A stretch of 64,000 nucleotides of DNA from Octopus vulgaris. Taxonomy: Eukaryota. Made by a program: the position numbers and the translations under genes. This document shows positions 13,325 to 25,574 of the stretch, in pieces. The stretch lies in NCBI GenBank assembly GCA_951406725.2, contig OX597814.1, forward strand, positions 103,540,001 to 103,604,000, written 5' to 3'. The notes below the pieces were generated by a model. It searched no databases. It saw only the letters and a program-made list of their open reading frames with translations, and was not told the origin of the DNA. Position 1 is the stretch's first letter, and every line of letters starts with the position of its first letter.

Positions 13325-13365
13325 ACTTTTGACAATCTTTTACCAAAGAGTGAAACCGGTTAAGT
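13325..13365 (+). ncRNA. Minimal hammerhead motif, U3:A8 variant (right arm)
   Basis: ACTT-TTGACAA-t-CTTTT-acca-AAGAG-t-GAAA-CCGG-TT-AAGT. Confidence 0.65.
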
Positions 13366-13404
13366 AAATAAACATCGTTTAAATTGCATTTTCAAACCTT
13401 TTTT

Positions 13405-14378
<974 letters not shown>

Positions 14379-14381
<3 letters not shown>

Positions 14382-14694
14382 AAATGTACTCGCAAAGCAA
14401 GTAATTTGATCTGAGATCGTGTGCTGAAACGAAAACAATTGCAGCGTGGAAGGTGTTTATAAGCCATTTAAGAAACACACAAAAGCCGTTCGATTCACTT
14501 CAACATTTAAGTTTTTAATTTGTCAAAATATTTTCGTCGCTAAAAGAGATGCAGCACGGATTTTTGTCAGTGAACAGGTCGCGGATTTTAGCGACGAAAA
14601 TATTTTGACAAATTAAACTTAAATGTTGAAGTGAATCGAACGGCTTTTGTGTGTTTCTTAAATGGCTTATAAACACCTTCCACGCTGCAATTGT
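14379..14694. mobile_element. Fold-back PLE-end remnant (arms 14435-14545 and 14586-14694) with left tail, in (TA)n
   Basis: Near-perfect ~110 bp inverted arms; hammerhead-like motif spans the spacer and the right arm. Confidence 0.78.
14563..14612 (+). ncRNA. Hammerhead motif, G3:C8 variant
   Basis: TTTGTCA-GTGAACA-g-GTCGC-ggatttta-GCGAC-GAAA-ATAT-TT-TGACAAA. Confidence 0.65.
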
Positions 14695-14718
14695 ATATAT
14701 ATATAAATATATGGCACA

Positions 14719-15180
14719 ACTCTCGTATTGCATTACTAATTTTATTGAAACTTCTTCACCGTTCTCGTTCTGTTAGCCTTTTGGCGTTTCAGTCGAGTGT
14801 ATTGGCATTAATGTGGTAACATCTGAAATGTTGTCGTGGTATATGTTTGGCTGATGAAGATAGATCAAGTATATGTGTGCAGGCATATCTTGAAAACTCT
14901 GAAACCGGCTCCGGTCCCACATTATCCTTTTCTAGGTATTTCATCTTTCAGATGTTCTCCCTGGAGGTAAGACAATTTTTTTCAAGTTTGTTGCACTCAC
15001 GCATTTTTGCTAGTACATACGCGGTGAAGCTATACATTAGCGTCGTATTATTACGTTCGCTATTTCCAGTAAATATCGGTACTTCGTTGTGCCATATATT
15101 TACTTCTATGTATAATTTTCCCTCACGGGCTATTCTTTACTGGAAAAGCAATACTCTCGTATTGCATTACTAATTTTATT
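14719..15180 (+). mobile_element. Solo PLE pseudo-LTR-like unit bounded by a 28 bp direct repeat
   Basis: actctcgtattgcattactaattttatt at 14719-14746 and 15153-15180; internal hammerhead. Confidence 0.6.
14843..14922 (+). ncRNA. Type I hammerhead motif (C3:G8, GUC site)
   Basis: TGG-CTGATGA-AGA...TCT-GAAA-CCGGCTCCGG-TC-CCA; stem II extended by tcaag.atatg/catat.cttga. Confidence 0.75.
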
Positions 15181-15685
15181 ATATATATATAAAACTCTAG
15201 TTGTGTGAGTGTCTGTCCCCTTCGATTTAGATTCCTAACTCCTCCCACATTTTGCGGTGCAGTTTAACCAAATTCGGGTATCTTATAGTCGTGATTCATA
15301 TCGAGCCCGTCTGACTATTAGCGCGCGTCAACGATGAGTCTACGATTTAAAAAATAATTTAACATCATTTTTTATTCCATTTTAATGCATAAAATGCATC
15401 GTATGTCGATGGCGGCGGAGTTGGCGTCCACGCTCACAGCTGCACCTGTTTGCTTCTCCCCCTTCCCTCCCTCGTGAAGCTGTGGGGAAGGGAGTGTAAA
15501 GAAATCAACGTCGTAATGCGTTGTGAAGGAAACCAGCGTTCTTTTAGAACAACGACTTCATGGCTTGAAGACACCAAAACAAAAATGGCTAAGAAAGCCC
15601 GAATTTATAAGGGAAGTAACTCTCTAAAAATGCTTATATAGTTATTTCCCTTACAAACCCGAGCAACGCCGGGCGATACTGCTAG
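15181..15685 (+). mobile_element. Non-autonomous Helitron, copy 1 of tandem pair
   Basis: 5' (TA)nAAAACT; 3' hairpin cccgagcaacgccggg then CTAG; no TIR. Confidence 0.8.
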
Positions 15686-16195
15686 TATATATATAAAACT
15701 GTAGTTGTGTGAGTGTCTGTCCCCTTCGATTTAGATTCCTAACTACTCCCACATTTTGCGGTGCAGTTTAACTAAATTCGGGTATCTTATAGTCGTGATT
15801 CATATCGAGCCCGTCTGAGTATTAGCGCGCGTCTACGATGAGTCTACAATTTTAAAAATAATTTAACATCATTTTTTATTCCATTTTAATGCATAATTTT
15901 TCGTGTGTCGATGGCGGCGGAGTTGGCGTCCATGGTCACACCTGCACCTGTTTGCTTCTCCCCCTTCTTCCCTCCCTCGTGAAGCTGTGGGGAAGGGAGT
16001 GTAAAGAAATCAACGTCGTAAAGCGTTGTCAAGGAGACCAGCGTTCTTTTAGAACAACGACTTCATGGCTTGAAGACACCAAAACAGAAATGGCTAAGAA
16101 AGCCCGAATTGGCATCTATAAGGGAAGTAACTCTCTAAAAATGCTTATATAGTTATTTCCCGTACAAACCCGAGCAACGCCGGGCGATACTGCTA

Positions 16196-16196
<1 letters not shown>
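15686..16196 (+). mobile_element. Non-autonomous Helitron, copy 2 of tandem pair
   Basis: Head-to-tail near-copy of 15181-15685 with the same 3' hairpin + CTAG. Confidence 0.8.
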
Positions 16197-16256
<60 letters not shown>

Positions 16257-17111
16257 CGTATGCATATATTTTTGTGTGTGTATGTGACATGTTTCAAAGT
16301 CCTTAGAGATACCATGGCTTCGTTATCAACTCTGGTTCATTCCATGATCAAAGACCTAAAAGTCTTTCAAGGGATCCATTGTGCTCTTTGTTTAAGACGG
16401 AAAGTTGCAATGGGGAGAAAATTTAACTACTGTTTTAGCATGTCGAGCAGCCTCCAAAATATTTGGCCATATTTACCACAATATATGTAGTGGTTTATTT
16501 GACAGGAACTATATTTTCTAATTTACACAAGTCACATGTTTCATCCACTGAAATATCTGTTTCTCTGTTCGCACTTAATATTTAAATTTTGAAATAGCTG
16601 CATGAAGACTGTTTAGGATGCGTTACTATGATGTCTCTAGAAGAGGGTTAAATGAAACAAAATAGCCGTAAAGTGAGAACGACGGAATATGAAAAGCTGT
16701 AATTCTCGAATGCTATTTACTGCAAATTAATTTAATTGAATGAAACACTTCACAATGAGAAAGATATTTATTACATGTTAACAAGTCTTTCCTGTTTATA
16801 ATTGGCAATGAAATAAAATCTAAGCATAAACCGTTCAAGGAAAGCCATTTCTAAGTTTGGTGAGTCTTCGACCCCCAAAACCACGTTACTCTGAAAGGAA
16901 ATGCCAACGAATTAATATCTGACTCCGAACGTCTTGCTTTTGTATTTTGTCTTCCTTTTTCACTCACTATTTCTCTGGCTGAAATTCTATAAGCCTCTGT
17001 GGGTGGACACACATACACGCAAACATGCATACGTATGTACGTAAGCACACACACACAAACACACACATATGTATATATATGCATGTATATGTGTATTGAA
17101 ATATGTGTGTA

Positions 17112-17290
17112 TCTTTTATCTTCTAGTCATTTCAGACTTTGAACTGCAGCCATACTGGGGCACCGTCTTGAAGGATTCTAGCCGAATTGACCCCAGTACT
17201 TACTATTCTAAAGTCTGGTACCTATTCTATCGGTCTTTTTTCTCGAGACGCTAAGTTACTAAGACGCAAATAAGCCAATACCGGTTGTCA
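17112..17290 (-). mobile_element. Degenerate SINE 3' part
   Basis: Similar to 18023-18200 (agtacttattctatcggtct, ctaagttac). Confidence 0.6.
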
Positions 17291-17387
17291 ATACCGGGTT
17301 GTTAAGCTCTAATACGGTTAGCTCTCCACATTTCATCATTTCATCTTTGAACCTCTCTGCATTAAGATCTGAAATGTAAGATATCTA

Positions 17388-17482
17388 CCATGATGACGGA
17401 GGCTCGTCTTATCCGCGTATTGTGATGAACTAAATCTACTAACATTATTATGGATCGCCTAGCTCCCAGAAACAGCTGTTGG
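17388..17482 (+). other. Decayed hammerhead-like relic in a probable PLE end (~17300-17840)
   Basis: cc-ATGATGA-cggaggct...agctccca-GAAA-CAGCTG-TT-gg; C3 is mutated. Confidence 0.4.
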
Positions 17483-17988
17483 ACTTATAATCTCCTTCTT
17501 CCACCCCCTTATGTTTCTCTGTCGTTTGTTCTCTGTGTAAGTTTCATCTATTAATATAAACATCTGCATAGTTGTACTTAAAAATTCATCATCTGAAAGT
17601 TTCCACCTCTTGCTTTCTCACGTTTTGCATGTATACACATATTTATACATATTGTTTAATATATTTAATATATTTGATGTATCTGATTCCTTTATCCGCG
17701 TAATTGCTTCTACACCCGCTCAACTTGGTCTCTCTTATGGCCTTTCTTTACCTGAAAAGACATCGGAGTCTAAGTTTGAATCTTTTGAGCACTACAAAGT
17801 GTCTTCTGTACGAAGAATCTCTGGATCTCATCTACGAACTATATATATATATATATATTAATCAATTAAGGTAGTAAAAAATTCGATAGAAATTTATCAC
17901 TACCAGCGGCCCAGTGGAAAAGAAAAATAGTCATGAGACTAAAATGTAAATATATAACAATTTAGGAATGGCCTGTTAAGGCCATTCC

Positions 17989-18022
<34 letters not shown>

Positions 18023-18024
<2 letters not shown>

Positions 18025-18236
18025 TCTTTTACTTGTTTCAGTCATTTGACTGTGGCCATGCTGGAGCACCGCCTTTAGTCGAGCTAATCGACCCCAGGAC
18101 TTATTCTTTGTAAGCCTAGTACTTATTCTATCGGTCTCTTTTGCCGAACCGCTAAGTTACGGGGACGTAAACACACCAGCATTGGTTGTCAAGCGATGTT
18201 GGGGGGACAAACAAAGACACACAAACTTATACACAC

Positions 18237-18291
<55 letters not shown>

Positions 18292-18456
18292 TACGACGGG
18301 CTTCTTTCAGTTTCCGTCTACCAAATCCACTCACAAGGCTTTGGTCGGCCCAAGGCTATAGTAGAAGACACTTGCCCAAGGTGCCACGCAGTGGGACTGA
18401 ACCCAGAACCATGTGGTTGGTGAGCAAGCTACTTACCACACAGCCACTCCTACACC

Positions 18457-18458
<2 letters not shown>
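18023..18458 (-). mobile_element. tRNA-derived SINE with internal microsatellite
   Basis: Head gtggctgtgtggtaag..gggttcagtccc; near-identical copy at 63017-63433. Confidence 0.85.
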
Positions 18459-18529
<71 letters not shown>

Positions 18530-19137
18530 GTGCGTAAGTGTGTGTATTGGTCTGGGGTTCCTCCTGAGCAAATGTCTTCATGGGCAATCGTGGGCGCTCT
18601 CGAACACTATCCCCTCTGAAAGAGAAGGAAAACTCTTATCATGAAAAATCGTGTTCCACGCTGAAATGGTCTGCTAGAAACGACGCCGTACTGTTTTGCG
18701 TATAGACCAGTAAAATCGGCCAAAATTAATATTCACAATTTAGTCTACAATTGACTACGACATCTGGCACATCCCACATCATGGACCTATATAGGCAACG
18801 TCGATTTGATGGAGGGACTGAGCTAACCTACAGGTCAAACATTATCATTATAAACAAGTCACCTGTGTAGTTGTTCAGCAAACCGGAGGATCAATACGAT
18901 CTTGCGTTTTTGATTAATGAACCCACAACTGTCATTTAAGACAGGAGGATCGAACACATGCGCGCGCACGCACGCATACACACACACGCACACGCACACT
19001 CACACTCACACTCACACATTGTTTTAACTAGCAAGATATCTGACGTGTAATCGTACTGTGTTGTACTTTCCGAAGGCATTTTGCGAATAAGATATCACGC
19101 ACTCCTTGATTTTCGCTTATTATTATCATTATTATTT

Positions 19138-19350
19138 AGGCGACGAGTTGCAGAATCATTAGCATGTTAGACAGAATACTCAGCGGTATTTTGCCCCTCA
19201 TTACGTTCTGAGTTCAAATTCCGCTGAAACCGACTTTGCCTTTCATCCTTTCGTAGTCGATAAATTAAGTACCAGTTGCGTACTGAGGTCGATATAATCG
19301 AATGGCCCCCTCCCACAAAATTTCAGTCCTTGTGTCTATAGCAGAAAGGA
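19138..19350 (+). mobile_element. SINE with Meta-like domain
   Basis: gagttcaaattcc B box, gcctttcatccttt..gtcgataaa..agtacc; same family as 43106. Confidence 0.75.
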
Positions 19351-19382
19351 TTATAATAATAATAATAATAATAATAATAATC

Positions 19383-19423
<41 letters not shown>

Positions 19424-19428
<5 letters not shown>

Positions 19429-19828
19429 CAAACATCTGGATGAAAGCAACCTGTTTCCAGAAGGGCAGAAGGGAAGCTACAAAGGCTCATACGGCTGTAA
19501 AGACCAACTAATGATCAATAAAGCCATAACTGAAGACAGCCACAGAAAGAAGAAAGGCCTCAGTATGGCCTGGGTCGACTATCGAAAGGCTTTTGATAGT
19601 ATTCTTCGCACGTGGATCCTCGAAACACTAGCAATGAACAAGGTAGCACCAATAATTATAAAATACATAAGACACTATGAATAAATGGCAAACAGTGCTA
19701 CAGCTCCAAACAAAAGAGGGACTTGTGAAAACCAAAGCCATCCCCATTAGAAGAGGAATATTCCAGGGAGACACGCTCTCGCCACTCCTTTTCTGCTTGG
19801 CACTGTCACCTCTATCTGACATGCTAAA
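19424..19828 (+). mobile_element. R4/Dong RT fragment (family B)
   Basis: Reverse-complement match to ~27398-27800 ([23 protein letters not shown]); preceded by (AAT)n. Confidence 0.85.
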
Positions 19829-22800
19829 TTCGCTCTCTTTGGGTATTTGCCATTGAGAGGTTTTATTTGCCATTCGTCAGAATATCTAAGGCAGCAGTTT
19901 TAGCACGGGTTTTCATACGCTTAGCTTTTTCTGCGCTTGTTTCTCGTATGTCTAATTCCGGTATTTGTTGTACTTGGAATTCATTTAGAAATTCCTGTAC
20001 ATGTTTTGTTACTGAGTATGATGCTTTCTTGTTTTCAAGTTTTGAGTCAAGTTTTAACATCCAGTCCTCAGAGTTTTTCAGGTATGTGTCCAGGCCGAGT
20101 GTGGCAATCTTCATTGTTAATTCCAGTTGTATAAGTCCATGGCCCCATCCTTTTCTTGGCAGATAAAATCGTTCTATATCTGCCTTAGGATGGTGCATTC
20201 TATGCATTTTCAACAGTTTTCATATTTTTCTGTCAAGATTACATATCTCAGTAATTGACCAGTTAACGATATTGAAACTGTAAGTCACGACTGGTATGGC
20301 TAAAGCATTGATCGCTTCGATCTTGTTTCTTGCATTCAGCTCTGTCTTGAGTATTGTTCTTAACCTACGATAACATTCTCTTCTGATCCTTTCCTTCATC
20401 ACTGAATGCTTGATTCCGTCCCCTTCAAATACCCCCAGGTATTTGTGGCTCTCCGCTGGTTCTAATTCCTTTATGACATTCTGCTGGTTAAGATTAACAT
20501 TGGATGTTTCTATCATTTTTCCTTTGATAAAGGTAGCTTTTGCACATTTATCGAGGCCAAATTGCATTCTGATGTCATCACTGAATTTTTTAACAATCGC
20601 TAGTAAGCCGTTGAGTTGTTGGTCATTTTTTGCAAAGAGCTTTAAATCATCCATGTAAATGAGATGATTTATATTTTTATCAAACGTTTTATAACCGTAT
20701 TGCGCATCATTGAGCAATTTTGAGAGAGGTATTAAGGCTAAACAAAAGAGGAGTGATGATAGTGAGTCACCCTAGCAAATGCCACATGAAATTCTTATAT
20801 CTCCAGCATTAAGAGATTCATTGTCACTGTTCAAAGTTAGTGTGGTTCTCCATGATCTCATGCTTACAGACAAAAAGTTTCGCAGAGTAGGCACTATTTT
20901 ATACATTTCCAGACATTTCTTAATCCAGCTATGTTGTAGGCTATCAAAATGCCTTTTTATAGTCTATCCAGGCATTCGACAAGATTTTGTGTCGTTTGTG
21001 ACAATCTTCCAAGATAATCTTATTGATGAGTAGCTGATCTTTGCAACCATAGGATCCACGTTTACATCCTTCTTGTTCATTAGGGAATATGCTACTTTCT
21101 ATTAAAAAAACTATAGGTATATTCAGTCAGGACAGATGTTAGCGTTTTATACATTGTTGTGAGGCAGGTTATGGGTCGATAATTTTTTGGTTCATTTATT
21201 TCTTCAGTTTTAGGAAGTGGGTATGATAAACCATTAACTAACTAAGAGGGAGTCAAACTACGTTGTTGTAAAACATTGTTGTAAAGTTTTGTTAGCAATT
21301 AATGGGCCTCTGGGAAGGATTTTAACCAAAAGTTAGGAATTTTATCCTTTCGTAGAGACTTCCATTTGCTTGACTTCCTGACAGCAGATCTTACATCTTC
21401 TACCTTGATACCATCCCACTTTTGCTCTTCTAAGGAGTCCAAGTCTGTAGATATTCTATCAACCCAAGGGGCCTTTTCACTGTGTGTTTTTTCTTCTGCC
21501 CAAATTTTATCCCCAAATTCCTGTACTTCTTCTTTTGATGGAACAGATTTTAATGTAACTGGTATTTTTCCTATCTTTCTGTAAAAATTTTTGGGTTATT
21601 TTTTAATATGTTGTTGTCCTTGAAGAATCTAACGCGCTTTTCATACCTATGTGGGCAGTTTTAGCACATACCTTTTGCTTGATGGTTTCTATGGTGATAT
21701 CGATGTCAAATATTGTTTTCGTATTATATTTTTTCTTTAATTTTCGGGTTTTTGTAGGTTTGATAGTCTTGTCAAACTTAAGGTTTTTTAAACATTCTAT
21801 GTCAGACCTAAGTAACTGAATTTGGTGTTGAATACGCTCTTGCCAAGAAGGCTTTTCGTGGGAATGTTGTTGTTTTCTAATCTTTTCACCACATAGAATT
21901 GTTGAGATTTTCGCGGATGCATAGTACAGGTGGTTGAGAACTGTGATATCAACATCATTAGCTGCAATTATATCCTTAAGTGCAAGGTGGATTTTACCAA
22001 TTATTTTCAGAATTTGTTTAAAATTTCGAATTTTTGGGAAAGTGTTGCGTTCATTCATACTGGTTTCTTTAATTTTCAGCCATTCAATCATGATTTGAAT
22101 TTTTAGATCATCTAGTTCTGTTGGGTCAATTTCTGTGTGACTTTCTTCTATTTCATTTTCATTTGCTTTAGTGTTTAAGGTTGGTTCAGAGAGTATTTCA
22201 CTCTGCCTATCAATTACATTAACTATTTCAATCATTACTGCGTCTTCATCAGCCCTGGGCTGGTCTATAATTATTTCCTCTCTAGTATCTTCTTTAACTG
22301 CAACTTCGTTCCTTTTATTCTTTACTGATTGTTTAATTTGGTCAATCTCTTATTCAGTTTGTAATTTTTTTTCGTAATGTTTCTTCTGACGTTGGCAAGT
22401 TTGTTACTGTCTATGTAGGGTCTAACTTCAGGGTGTTTCTGTCTCCAGTTTAAGTAGATTTGTACAGTATTAGATTAATTTGTGAGGAAATATATGGCAT
22501 GGTAGAAGGCCGTAAGAACTTCTTAACTCCTTTATTATCTCCCCTAGACCATTTTCTTTCCTTTTCTTTTGGTTATTTGATGACAAGCATTGATGGCCAT
22601 CTGTTGGAACATTCCGGTTGTTGGGTACTGCCAGTTCTTGTGCTTCGGGAAGATATGAATCAGTAGCTGATTTTTCGCGCCGAATCTGGTTCATCATTCG
22701 AGTACGTGGCCCTTGGTGCTTCGGTTGGCGACACATCCGGTTTGCATTTTGCTTTATCATTGAGGCATGACTAGCTTGAACGTTGACATTAGGGGACTGA

Positions 22801-22950
22801 TCTGTCTGTTTAGGGTTATTTTTTTTTGAGACAGCACCGTCTCAGAGTTCTCTGCATGTAAACAGTGCTCGTAACGTAGCTTCTTAAAGCTAACAGGTCT
22901 GTATTCGTCTGTATTTTTTGTTGATAGATTTATCTCCAGGCATGGTTTTT
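19829..22950 (-). mobile_element. R4/Dong-clade non-LTR retrotransposon (family A), N-terminus to thumb, decayed, 3' end missing
   Basis: Fragments with YMDDLKLFA, FGLDKC, KYLG, MHHPKAD; N-terminal KLANVRRN motif; 5' limit approximate. Confidence 0.87.
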
Positions 22951-23154
22951 TGGTGGTGTTTTTAAACTTATGAATTTTTCACTCTGCGTTACTTCGAAAA
23001 TTAAAAAAAAAAAACGATGCTTTTGCTTCGTTTGTGATACGTGTTTTGATATGCGTGAATGTGTGTCCTGTAAATTTCATGTAGTTGTGTAAACATTGGG
23101 ATGTATCTGTAGTCCTATTAAAATGTATATATATTTGTGTAGAGATTCGAGTGT

Positions 23155-23712
23155 GTGGAGGCGTGTGGCTTAGTGGTTAGGATGTCAGCATCATGATCGT
23201 AAGATTGTGGGTTCGATTCCTCGACCGGGCGACGCGTTGTGTTCTTGAGCAAAACACTTCATTTCACGTTGCTCCAGTCCAAAATGAGTAACGCTGCCAT
23301 GGACTGGCATCCCCTCCAACTGGGGAACACATACGCCATTAAAACCGGGCCCATGAGCCTGGCTAAGCTTTAAAAGGGCACATTTATTTAGTGGAGGCGC
23401 AATGGCCCAGTGGTTAGGGCAGCGGACTAGCGGTCGGAGGATCGCGGTTTTGATTCCCAGACCGGGCGTTGTGTGTGTTTATTGAGCGAAAACACCTAAA
23501 AGCTCCACGAGGCTCCGGCAGGGGGTGGTGGAGACCCCTGTTGTACTCTTTCGCCTCAATTTTCTCTCACTCTCTCTTCCTGTTTCTTGAGTAACGCTGC
23601 GATGGACTGGGATCCCGTCCAGCTGGGGAGAACACATACATCACAGGAACCGAGAAACGAGGCCCATGAGGCTGGCTAGGCTTGAAAAGGGCGCATAAAG
23701 AAAAAAGAAATA
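23155..23712 (+). mobile_element. Two tandem tRNA-derived SINEs (23155-23390 and 23391-23712) inside one 14 bp TSD
   Basis: Each has A/B boxes; agagattcgagtgt at 23141-23154 and 23713-23726. Confidence 0.85.
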
Positions 23713-23992
23713 AGAGATTCGAGTGTATGCGTAATTACTCAATTTATGTACTTACTGTTTTGTTCCATTTACATTATATAATTTGTAAACTTTCTGGTGT
23801 TGATTTCATATGTGTTTCACTAAGATATCGTGCATAGAAGAAACTGTGCTTTGTATGGCTTTAAAATTTCGTTTTTGTGATTTATCCAATTCCGCCAATG
23901 TTATTAGATTAAATTTGTGTTTGAATGAGGTAGCTCGGTGTAGCACATCCATGGTGTTGTTGTTATTGTTGTTGTTGTTGTTATTATTATTT

Positions 23993-24456
23993 TAAAAATA
24001 AAATATGGTCCGTTGTCTTCTGATGAACCGGGGTCATCCCTTGACTCTAGGGTCACAGCAGTTCCTCATCTCATGGAGAGTACACGTCGTAAAATGTGTG
24101 CTGAACCTAGCAACACTATTTTCTGACGTTCTTCCACGTTAACACTGCAAGGGAGTTTGTTGAGCTACTTATCAAGGCCCTTTTTAACTAGCCCTAACGC
24201 TCCAATCACCACTGGTGCTGTGCTGCTTTTCATTCCCCACATTTTGGTCACTTCTATTTCTAGGTCTTTGTACTTAAATAACTTCTCAACTTCTTTAATG
24301 GACACATTTCTCTCTGATGGTACTGTCACATTAAGCATTTCTTATTCCTTCCATCTTTGATGATTATGTCCGGCCTGTTGGCCTTGATTTCTTTAGCGGT
24401 GTTGATTGGCATGTCCCAGAGTACTGTTACATCATCTTTTCCGGTCACAGTTTCAG

Positions 24457-24457
<1 letters not shown>
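23993..24457 (-). mobile_element. R4/Dong 3' end (RLE C-terminus), family C
   Basis: NRPDIII..KYKDLEIE..KIVLLGSAHILRRVLS; (TTA)n on both sides. Confidence 0.8.
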
Positions 24458-24525
<68 letters not shown>

Positions 24526-24648
24526 TCCATTTGTTATTAAAAAAGTATTATTGAATGTTTACTTTCAACTTTTGTCTTGTACTTGAGATAGTTATAAATA
24601 TATGAGGGTTGTAAGATGAAGAGAAGCAGCTTGATAAATACCTTATTA

Positions 24649-24724
<76 letters not shown>

Positions 24725-24727
24725 CAT

Positions 24728-25076
24728 TGAGTGAGAGAGCAGTTCATGCCATCAAAGTGACACTGGGGTAAAATATACGAAGCCCAATATACCCATCATG
24801 ACTACCCGTCTGATAAAGGTACACCAGGCACATGCATCACAACCATATGTGCGCGACATGGTGATCTCATATCAAGATAAACAGCACATGACCTTGCAGG
24901 TGGGGTCCAGTTAGAATTTTCTTCAAGTTGAGTAGCCCATCCCGCTCAAACGGTCCCTGAATAAGGGTTGTTTAAGGATGTTGAAAGAACAACCCATGTT
25001 TCCAGAGGTGAACTATTCAAACCCCAAAGAGTCCCTCTCAACACATGGCTATGATGCTCCCCCACTACTTCTGCTC
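24728..25076 (-). mobile_element. Non-coding TAA-embedded retroposon, 5'-truncated copy
   Basis: Reverse complement of ~33864-34212; (ATT)n on both sides. Confidence 0.75.
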
Positions 25077-25127
<51 letters not shown>

Positions 25128-25129
<2 letters not shown>

Positions 25130-25489
25130 TATGTTTGAATTTTGCTTTATATTTGTACAAGTTGGCTCCAAGTCTCACCCAGAGACCTCAAGAGACAACA
25201 GGTTGGAAGTTCGTGTTGTTGTTATGCCTTGTGTGCTATATATTTGGTTTTGTATTTAGTGTTGTACTAGTGAATGTCTAAAAAAAAACGAAAATTATGT
25301 TTGTTTTAAAACTTGAGATTACATAGAAAGTATTTTGCGTAGGATATGAGCAGTTACCATGAGCACTACCTTTTGAATTTCTGCCATTTTGGGGTTTCCT
25401 GGTATCTGAGTTAGGTAGCGATCAGCCCCTTTTGCTATCATTCCTAGGGCACCTATGACAACAGGTAATGTTTTAGTCTTCAGGTTCCA

Positions 25490-25490
<1 letters not shown>
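25128..25490 (-). mobile_element. R4/Dong family A 3' end
   Basis: Matches 59134-59500; (ATT)n on both sides. Confidence 0.85.
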
Positions 25491-25571
<81 letters not shown>

Positions 25572-25574
<3 letters not shown>

